From Squalus acanthias (Eukaryota): 64,000 bases of DNA. This document shows positions 13,696 through 21,334 of this stretch, piece after piece; position 1 is the first letter of the stretch; the number at the start of each line of letters is the position of its first letter. The stretch lies in NCBI GenBank assembly GCA_030390025.1, contig CM059432.1, positions 112,222,001 through 112,286,000 on the forward strand. Reading direction: 5' to 3'. Under the pieces are notes generated by a model. The model ran no database searches and had not been told where the DNA came from. It was given only the letters and a program-made list of their open reading frames with translations. The translations under genes and the position numbers were made by a program.

Positions 13696-14134
13696 GATGC
13701 GAATAACTCCGCTTATCGTATCAAAAATCATAGTGGTGAGCAATATTATCTCGATTTCTCTCCGAATCCAGTAAATTAATCCCATAATTTTTAACTTATC
13801 TAGGGTCTCTGTGTCGTCCTCGTTTCCCAAGAAAACCACATTTATATCACCGTAGGCATTATTTGCCCTTAAACTTACACCACTTGTTTTCCTTCCCGGC
13901 GTAACCAGACCGATACCTCTCGTATCACCTGTATATTTGTCTTTTATTCAGGGAAAAGAGAAACAAAACCCAAAACCAAACAATCATTTTTAACTATAAC
14001 ACCATCACCAAAATAAATCAACACCAACTCTTAAAACATGTCGAGTTCCCAACGTATTTACAATCTCTGAAAATCTTATATGAGTACAAACTTCCGCGGC
14101 GCACGCGGCGATCGGGAGTGACGCCATTTTTCGA

Positions 14135-16486
14135 TTACACGGTGCTCTCATCGTGCACGCGCACGTAACGTTCTCGCCACTCTCCCGTGTTTTCATGCTT
14201 GGTGAGGCGCTTGTCTCTTTTACAATGTACGACCAATAGGTACACTACAATAAACACTTGACATACGACTAAAATGTGGGAGGCTATTCTGATCCATGAA
14301 GGCACTTCAATATTAGTGAACAGATTCCACCACGGTGGAACTACTATATCCAGAATGTCTGTTCCTATTTCGACAGTTTTCTGCTCTAATGTATAAAAAT
14401 GTTTCTGTGATACCGCGACGGCTTTCAGAAGTTTGGTTAAGTGTTCAGGGAGAGGGGGAATGAGGTATCCAAAATGCGCGACGAATCGCTGCAAGTCGGT
14501 GAAATTCTCTTTTACTGTGAGATGAACAGTGGATGGTTCAGGGATTGGGATAATTCGCTGTTGTGCTACTTGAACTTCAGCCCTGGGTTTAAAACAGAAA
14601 CTGCTGTCACTCACCGGACACCGGCTACGGTTTCCATGCTGGTAGTGTTGCGCTGCAGTGGTAACACAATATGTTCCACCCCCGATGTATGCTACCTGCG
14701 GAGGCACATGATCTTGTGCCATTGCCTCCATGGTGCAATTCATGGACTTGGCGCCAGCCGTTCTGAACCCGCACTGTGGTGTTAAAAAGGCATTCAAGTG
14801 CTGGGGGCACAGTATTATGTGTGCTCCCCTGCCACGACAACCAGAGAGGTCTGTACCTGTCATCGTTTGCTCCCAGCGGATGACGTAAGGTGGAACCGCT
14901 GCATAACGAATGTGGGCTCCCCCCTGAATGACACCGATGTTCTCTACCCGATATACCGGGGCGGGCTTTGCTGTGTCGCCCAAAATCGGCATACGTAATA
15001 CTATTCCCATAATAGTATGGTTTGAACGTCCGCAGTCCACGGGGACTGGGTATGCTTCTGAAGCTAGCCTGAGCTGGCACGGGCTTAATGCGTTCTGAAA
15101 AGGGTGGAGCGCCCGCAGGTGTTTGTTACTTATCCAGGACGGAACCAAACCTTGTTTTAAATCCTCCAAATTACTGCGGCCCTCGCCCAGTAACCACGCC
15201 CCGTAAAGCACGCACACCTCGTTCTGCGCAGCTTGATCGGATGCATTCCGATCTTCCCTAATCAGGGCATTTACCGTACGCGCATGTTTCTCCAGCTCTG
15301 CTATAATTTCCTTTAAATGGAGAGTCATGGCTTGGTCCTCGTGTAGACCTGACCCTACCACTTTATTCTCATCTGTTAGAATGTCTTTTAATTGTGTCTT
15401 TAAACCATTAATCTGGGTCTGCAGCTCCACACTGTCTAGAGCGTTGACCACAGATGTACCCGTGTTAAAAGCAGTGAACGCATCGTTCACCAAACCCCTT
15501 CTTTGCCTCCCTACTTGATCCAAAACTTCCTGTGGTGCGGTGTACAAACTTGTTTTATCAATTTCTGCAAAATCGAATTCGTAAAATTGTCTGAACATCT
15601 TGGTCAACAGGACCTGGTACAACTGTTCCGTCTTTTTGGGGCACCATTCTGGTAACCGCACCTCGGTGAGATTTAAAATCACCGAGGCCACCGCGTAATG
15701 TACCCCCTGAAATAGTATCTGGTCTGTGGGGACCAGTACCAAACCATTCCCGGGTCCCTTACTAGTTTTAGGGCACCCTTCTTCCTCAGCTAGAACCACC
15801 GGAATCGTGGGCGGGGCTTTGCGTGGGCGCGTAATGAGTTCAGTGGCATTTACTGGGATCGGGGAGAATGGGGCTCCGCACCCCCTGGTGCTCGCATCCC
15901 ACCTCATCCCCTGTCCGTTATCCTGCCATTGATTAATAAAAAATATGGAGATGCCTTTGGGGCAAACGTACTTTGACCCCCACATACATACATAAATTCC
16001 CTCATCCGGTTCCCACCATTTGTCCCAACAGACTTTCACTTGTCCGTCTGTCCCCGTAATTGTCCGATGGGTATTATTACCCAGTCGTTCCCACTCGACC
16101 GAAGAGTTTCTCATAGTTTTGCTCAGCTTTCGCAGCCACCACCATCGGCTCAATGGGACCTTCCCACTACAAGTCAAACAAATCCGTTTGCCGACGGTGA
16201 CGCTGATCCTGGGTGCGATGATCCTTACTTTGGGGCACAGTAAAGAAGTCTCTTGGTAGGCAAACCCCGATGTGCTAGAATACTCCGTTGAGTTCGTTCC
16301 CAGCCATCCTGGCCACCTTCCCTTGTGGAAATAGGTGCTGGTCTCCTCTGCCTCCCGTCTTCCGGTCCCATCCACCGCGATGGGGGCCGTGTCCCCGGAA
16401 CATCCAAACACCACGACATCCTTGGTGCGGCCTCGATAGGCCAATCCACATCCGATTGCCACGAGCAATACTAGAATTCGTTCCAT
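14135..16486 (-). CDS. env: Envelope glycoprotein, F-type class I fusion protein with N-terminal Ig-like domain (open frame extends to 16669)
   Basis: Signal peptide MERILVLLVAIGCGLA, several N-glycan sequons, furin site RQRR followed by GLVNDAFTAFNTGTSVV, heptad region, Cys-rich region, C-terminal TM (IASHILVVCQVFIVVYLLVV) and short tail. Confidence 0.92.
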   Translation of the reverse strand: MERILVLLVAIGCGLAYRGRTKDVVVFGCSGDTAPIAVDGTGRREAEETSTYFHKGRWPGWLGTNSTEYSSTSGFAYQETSLLCPKVRIIAPRISVTVGKRICLTCSGKVPLSRWWWLRKLSKTMRNSSVEWERLGNNTHRTITGTDGQVKVCWDKWWEPDEGIYVCMWGSKYVCPKGISIFFINQWQDNGQGMRWDASTRGCGAPFSPIPVNATELITRPRKAPPTIPVVLAEEEGCPKTSKGPGNGLVLVPTDQILFQGVHYAVASVILNLTEVRLPEWCPKKTEQLYQVLLTKMFRQFYEFDFAEIDKTSLYTAPQEVLDQVGRQRRGLVNDAFTAFNTGTSVVNALDSVELQTQINGLKTQLKDILTDENKVVGSGLHEDQAMTLHLKEIIAELEKHARTVNALIREDRNASDQAAQNEVCVLYGAWLLGEGRSNLEDLKQGLVPSWISNKHLRALHPFQNALSPCQLRLASEAYPVPVDCGRSNHTIMGIVLRMPILGDTAKPAPVYRVENIGVIQGGAHIRYAAVPPYVIRWEQTMTGTDLSGCRGRGAHIILCPQHLNAFLTPQCGFRTAGAKSMNCTMEAMAQDHVPPQVAYIGGGTYCVTTAAQHYQHGNRSRCPVSDSSFCFKPRAEVQVAQQRIIPIPEPSTVHLTVKENFTDLQRFVAHFGYLIPPLPEHLTKLLKAVAVSQKHFYTLEQKTVEIGTDILDIVVPPWWNLFTNIEVPSWIRIASHILVVCQVFIVVYLLVVHCKRDKRLTKHENTGEWRERYVRVHDESTV

Positions 16487-16771
16487 CCTTCCTTGGTTCC
16501 TGTGATCAGATAGAATGAGGTAGCCAGCCTCGCAAGAGTCTCTGGCTTTTGTGAAGGGTGAGCGGGTCCCCTGACCTCGCCTCACGTAAACTTCAACGTT
16601 TGCTGAATAAACTTCAACTAAACCTATCTTTAAAACTCCCATCATTTTATCGTTTTCTGTTAAAAACACTACAAACTTAGCCTTAATAAAACTATAAACT
16701 TAACCTTGAACTATGAACTTAAAACTTAAAACTATAACTTTACAGTGCCGCCCGTTCTCAGGGCGGCCCCT

Positions 16772-19700
16772 TTAAATTCTGAGAAGGCTGCTGCGAGCTC
16801 TTCCCGACGGTGGGAGGGCGCTGACCCTTCCCTCTGATCTGCCGCAGCCTGTTGCTGCGCTGACCCTTCCCTCTGATCTGCCGCAGCCTGTTGCTGCGCT
16901 GACCCTTCCCTCTGATCTGCCGCAGCCTGTTACTGCTGCGATGTGGCCGGTCTGTACCCGGGTTATCTTAACCTGAAGTCTACGCCTTGGGGCAGTCTGG
17001 GGACATGACCACATCCTCCTGGGCTGGGGTTCTCTACTTGACCTACGGGGAGTTGCTATGGGCGGGGGTTCCGTGACGGACGGACCGGGTTCCGAGACCT
17101 CCAACGGGATGACCTGGGGTTCCACCACAGTCGCTGGCTCCGCCTCCGCTGACTCCGCCTCCCTAACCTCGGGGCTGGCAGTTCGTGGCTCCGCCCTGCT
17201 CGGCCCAGCAGGCGGCCCTTCACTCGTGATCTCTGCCTCCCCCGAGGACTGGACGTTCAAAGCGGGCGGCCACATCTCTGGGAGCCATACCGGTACTCTC
17301 TGTGCTCCTATAGCGGCTGGCCCTGCCTCCTCTAGCTCCTCCCTCCTGTCCTCGGGACCTGCAGCTTGTGTGTCCACCCTGTGTGGATCTCTACCTACAG
17401 CCCCCATTCCCTCCAGACCGTTCCTCAGGAACCACCCGTCATCATCACTATGCTCATCTGCACTATCCTCATCTGACCAGGGTACCCTGAGTTCTTCCTC
17501 ATCTAACCCCCAATTCCAGAAAAACGCTGCATGATCGTCCGGGATGTCCCTTCCCCTGATGCAAGCTGCTATGCCTGCCTGTGTGCCTTGTGGTCCTACC
17601 TGGGGCTGTGCTTTCCCATTGGCGGGATTTACCCCTGTAGTTTTCCCCTGCGCACCTGGCTGGTACAGTTTGCATTGGTTTATGTGGAACCACTTAATGC
17701 GCCGAGGTACTTTTACGGCGTAAACCATGGGACTCGCCTTGTCTACAATGTTGTAGGGTCCCATATACAGTGGTTCCAGACTCCCTACTCTGGCGTAGTT
17801 TCTGACCATGACCTGGTCTCCTACTTCCCACTCCCGCGTTTTGCGGGGTTCCAGCAACAAGCGATTGCCCTGATGCTGCCTTCCCATGTTCCCAGCCGCC
17901 TGCTCATAAACTTGCTTCAGGCGCTCCAAGAGAGTCTGGGCGAACTTGTCCCTGCTTATCTCTTGGAGCTGACCCTCAGTGAGCACCGGGGCTAGCACAT
18001 GGGTGGGGGTTCGCATGAGCCTGCCGGTCATTACCTCGTGCGGGGAGTACCCCGTACTTTTTGACTGACTGGCCCGGACCCCCATGAGGACTAAAGGCAG
18101 AACTTCCGCCCATTTTTGGGGCGAGTTCCTAGTCTCTTTCCTCAATTTCTCCTTCAGGGTCCGGTTCATACGTTCAACAATCCCGGATGACTGGGGATTG
18201 TGCGCTACGTGCCACTTCCCTTCAATGCCCAAAAGCATGAGGGTGTTCTGCATCACCTGGCCGGTGAAATGACTCCCTTGGTCTGACTCCACAAAACGGG
18301 GGAGTCCCCACCGCGAGAATACTTCCCGGACCAAGATTTTTGCTGTACCCAGTGCCGTAGCTGTTCGACAAGGGAAGGCTTCCACCCACTTGGAAAACAC
18401 ATCCACCAGGACGAGGCAGTACTTATAACCTCCCTGGGTGGTGGGCAGGGGTCCTATATAGTCGATCTGTATCGACTGCCATGGTCCCTCTACCCTTCTT
18501 ACGTGTCCCATGGGCACCTTCCTTTTCTGGGGGTCTGGGTTGTTTGCAGCGCACACAAGACAGTTTGCACAGAACTCGCGGACTTGTTCCCTGAGCCCTG
18601 GCCACCATCCCGCTTGCTCTACCCGTTGCCAGGTAACCTCGGGCCCGGGGTGCCCTGCCCCTGGTCCCTCGTGAGCCAACTGGAGGAATTCCCTCCTGTG
18701 CTGCTGCGGCACAACCCACTGCTCCTCGCGGAACAGCATGCCTTCCTTAACTGAGAGGGTTGCCGTACTGTACGGACCTTCTACCTGCCTCCCCTCAGCA
18801 ATCGTTTTTAGGACTGCTTTTAGGGCGGGATCCTGGGCTTGGACGGTCTTGAGGTCTAGGGGCAATGCTACCCTGGTGTTCCCGGGATTCCCGTCCCCGC
18901 CTCGGACCGCTGCTATGGGTCCGGTCCTATAGGGGTTCCAGAAAGTGCCGTCGCGGGCACCCTCCCTGGCTAGCGCATCCGCCTGCCGGTTGCCCTCCCC
19001 ACGGGGCTCTGTGGAGGAGTGAGCTTTCACCTTATGGATGAAAATCTCTCCTTCCTCCCCTACTGCTGCTGCTAAGATCTTTTCCAGCAAGGGCTTCACC
19101 GTTAAAGGTCGCCCGTCCGCGGAGGTGTATCCGCGGCGGGACCAAATGGCCAGGTATTCCGTACACGAATTGCAGGTGAACATACTGTCCGAGCAAATCG
19201 TGTATGGGGTTGGGAAAATGTCTGGGTGGGTCACAACGTACACCACGGCAGACAGCTCAGCTTGCTGCGCGCTCATAGTGCTAGGGAGCTTGATCGCCAG
19301 GGCAAGGTCTGCCGCAAGGTCATAAACTCCACACCCTGTGAGTCGCTCGCCAGCAGACACTGTGCTAGACCCATCAACATAAATCTCGCGCCCAGTGGGA
19401 TGTATCCCGGCCCGTAAACCTATGTTGACGTCCCACACCCCTTCCACCGAACACCGGTGGGCTGTACCGGGGTATACCAAATTGGCCGCAAGCCTGGGCT
19501 CGCAAAGACCTTTTACTCTAAGATCCAACTGGGAGAGAAGAAGGGTCCAACGCGCAATGCGTGCGCTGCTTACGGTCCCGTCTTTAATCCTCCCATCCAG
19601 AAGCATCTTAGTTGGTGTGTGATGTGTGAGGAGAGTGATGGGAGAGAGCCCTGTGAAGATCGCTGATCTTTTCACAGCCCAATGCGTGGCTAAAAGGTGC

Positions 19701-21334
19701 CTTTCGCAATTGGAGAAACTTCTCTCCACATCCGTTAATACCCTGGATGAATAGACAACCGGCCTCAGCTTGCCGTGACGCTCTTGGAGCAGCACGGCGC
19801 TTAAGCTGTCTCCGCTGGCAGCTACCTCCAGGAAAAACTCCTTCCCCCCATCTATGGCCCCTAAGGCTGGCGCGGTCTGCAGATCCCTTTTTAACTTCTC
19901 GAAGGCTGCTTGGCAGCCCTCGTCCCAAAGCCACTCCACCCCCTTATGGAGGAGTCGGAGGAGCGGCGCCGCTGTGGCCGCATAATCTTCGATAAAATCC
20001 CTGCAGTAACCGGTCAGTCCCAAGAAGGACCTCACACCCCTTACGTTGTTGGGAATCGGTAATTCTTGCACCGACTCCCTCCTTGCTTTGTCTATGGCTC
20101 TTTCCCCAGCGCGTATGGTCAGTCCCAGGAATTTTACTTCCCGCTGACCGATACGTGCTTTCTTAGGGTTTATTTTAAAACCCTTTCTCGCTAACAGCTC
20201 CAATAACTCGTCCAGTAGTGGTCCATGCTCCTCCCTTGAGTCCGTAAATAGGAGCAAATCATCCACATACTGTACTATCTGATTGGGCTGACTAAACTCC
20301 TTTAAACTTCCTGCCATACACTGATGAAAAATACTGGGGCTATTGTGGAAACCCTGTGGCAGACAGTTCCACGTGTACTGTTGCCCTTTGAAAGTAAAGG
20401 CAAACTTGTACTGGTCCTCTCGCCGCAGCGGGATGGACCAAAAACCGTTCGAGATATCCAGCACCGTGAACGTGGTCGCGGACGCTGGGATGCTCCCTAT
20501 TAGGTCAGCAACTGCTGCTACTGTGGGCGCGCAGGCGGGAATGTTACCGTTAAGGACTCTGTAGTCCACCGTGGCTCTCCACGAATTATCCGGCTTCCTA
20601 ACCGGCCATAATGGGGAGTTCACGTGTGTGGCTATCGGCCTCAACACGCCCTGCTGCACCAAGGAAGACATTGCTGTCTCCATATCGGGTTCGGCTTCTT
20701 TGGGGAAGTTATACTGCTTTTGGGGTCGGGTCATCGGGTCCCCATCTACGCTGACCTCAAACCCGACCACTCTCCCACAATCGTGCTTGTGGGTTGCAAA
20801 CGCGTGCATATTATCTGACACGTACGTTTGCATGTCCGTTGGGACATCTGCGACCATAAGCCTGAGGTCGTAGCCTCCGGATGGCTGTACGGTACACAGG
20901 ACCCCTGTTTCTTCCTCCCCCGGAATCACTATTACCTCGCCCTTTTCACCTTTAGCCCCCCAGAGACAGTGATTTCTGAGGTCCACGAGGATCCCGTGTC
21001 CCGCTAGGAGATCGGACCCGAGAATACCTCTTCCACCCCCCTTTTGCCATGCCATCAGTATACACTTCCACTTAAGGCGAAGTGTTCCTAAACGAATGGA
21101 TAGCGGAAGGGAAAACGTGCCAGCCTGTTCTTTTCCTGTGAACCCTGCCAACGTGAATGGGACCTTGGTAGATAGCGGCGAGTCAAAAGGGTTATCTGTA
21201 TGGATTATGGTGCAAGAAGCTCCCGTGTCCAACAAATAACTACCCTTCTGTTTCTCTACCTCCATCTCCACCACAGGTCGCCTCCACGCATCATAGCTAA
21301 GCGGACACAGGTAGACGGGCTGTGCTGGTTCTAG
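16772..21334 (-). CDS. pol: Pol polyprotein: protease, RT, RNase H-like tether, RNase H, integrase, long C-terminal tail
   Basis: LLDTGAS (PR). LPQGFHNSP and YVDD (RT). YVDGSS / AQQAEL / SDS / GNRQAD (RNase H). H-H-C-C, IDYIGP, SDQGSHF, IVERMN and GPY (IN). Frame is open back to the gag stop codon. Confidence 0.97.
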   Translation of the reverse strand, partial: LEPAQPVYLCPLSYDAWRRPVVEMEVEKQKGSYLLDTGASCTIIHTDNPFDSPLSTKVPFTLAGFTGKEQAGTFSLPLSIRLGTLRLKWKCILMAWQKGGGRGILGSDLLAGHGILVDLRNHCLWGAKGEKGEVIVIPGEEETGVLCTVQPSGGYDLRLMVADVPTDMQTYVSDNMHAFATHKHDCGRVVGFEVSVDGDPMTRPQKQYNFPKEAEPDMETAMSSLVQQGVLRPIATHVNSPLWPVRKPDNSWRATVDYRVLNGNIPACAPTVAAVADLIGSIPASATTFTVLDISNGFWSIPLRREDQYKFAFTFKGQQYTWNCLPQGFHNSPSIFHQCMAGSLKEFSQPNQIVQYVDDLLLFTDSREEHGPLLDELLELLARKGFKINPKKARIGQREVKFLGLTIRAGERAIDKARRESVQELPIPNNVRGVRSFLGLTGYCRDFIEDYAATAAPLLRLLHKGVEWLWDEGCQAAFEKLKRDLQTAPALGAIDGGKEFFLEVAASGDSLSAVLLQERHGKLRPVVYSSRVLTDVERSFSNCERHLLATHWAVKRSAIFTGLSPITLLTHHTPTKMLLDGRIKDGTVSSARIARWTLLLSQLDLRVKGLCEPRLAANLVYPGTAHRCSVEGVWDVNIGLRAGIHPTGREIYVDGSSTVSAGERLTGCGVYDLAADLALAIKLPSTMSAQQAELSAVVYVVTHPDIFPTPYTICSDSMFTCNSCTEYLAIWSRRGYTSADGRPLTVKPLLEKILAAAVGEEGEIFIHKVKAHSSTEPRGEGNRQADALAREGARDGTFWNPYRTGPIAAVRGGDGNPGNTRVALPLDLKTVQAQDPALKAVLKTIAEGRQVEGPYSTATLSVKEGMLFREEQWVVPQQHRREFLQLAHEGPGAGHPGPEVTWQRVEQAGWWPGLREQVREFCANCLVCAANNPDPQKRKVPMGHVRRVEGPWQSIQIDYIGPLPTTQGGYKYCLVLVDVFSKWVEAFPCRTATALGTAKILVREVFSRWGLPRFVESDQGSHFTGQVMQNTLMLLGIEGKWHVAHNPQSSGIVERMNRTLKEKLRKETRNSPQKWAEVLPLVLMGVRASQSKSTGYSPHEVMTGRLMRTPTHVLAPVLTEGQLQEISRDKFAQTLLERLKQVYEQAAGNMGRQHQGNRLLLEPRKTREWEVGDQVMVRNYARVGSLEPLYMGPYNIVDKASPMVYAVKVPRRIKWFHINQCKLYQPGAQGKTTGVNPANGKAQPQVGPQGTQAGIAACIRGRDIPDDHAAFFWNWGLDEEELRVPWSDEDSADEHSDDDGWFLRNGLEGMGAVGRDPHRVDTQAAGPEDRREELEEAGPAAIGAQRVPVWLPEMWPPALNVQSSGEAEITSEGPPAGPSRAEPRTASPEVREAESAEAEPATVVEPQVIPLEVSEPGPSVTEPPPIATPRRSSREPQPRRMWSCPQTAPRRRLQVKITRVQTGHIAAVTGCGRSEGRVSAATGCGRSEGRVSAATGCGRSEGRVSALPPSGRARSSLLRI

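Noticed and set aside
16818..16934. Tandem repeat as a CRISPR-like array
   Set aside because: No spacers, in-frame coding repeat, and eukaryotic context.
17058..17995. Plus-strand ORFs antisense to pol
   Set aside because: Expected shadow frames of a GC-rich coding strand, with no independent evidence.
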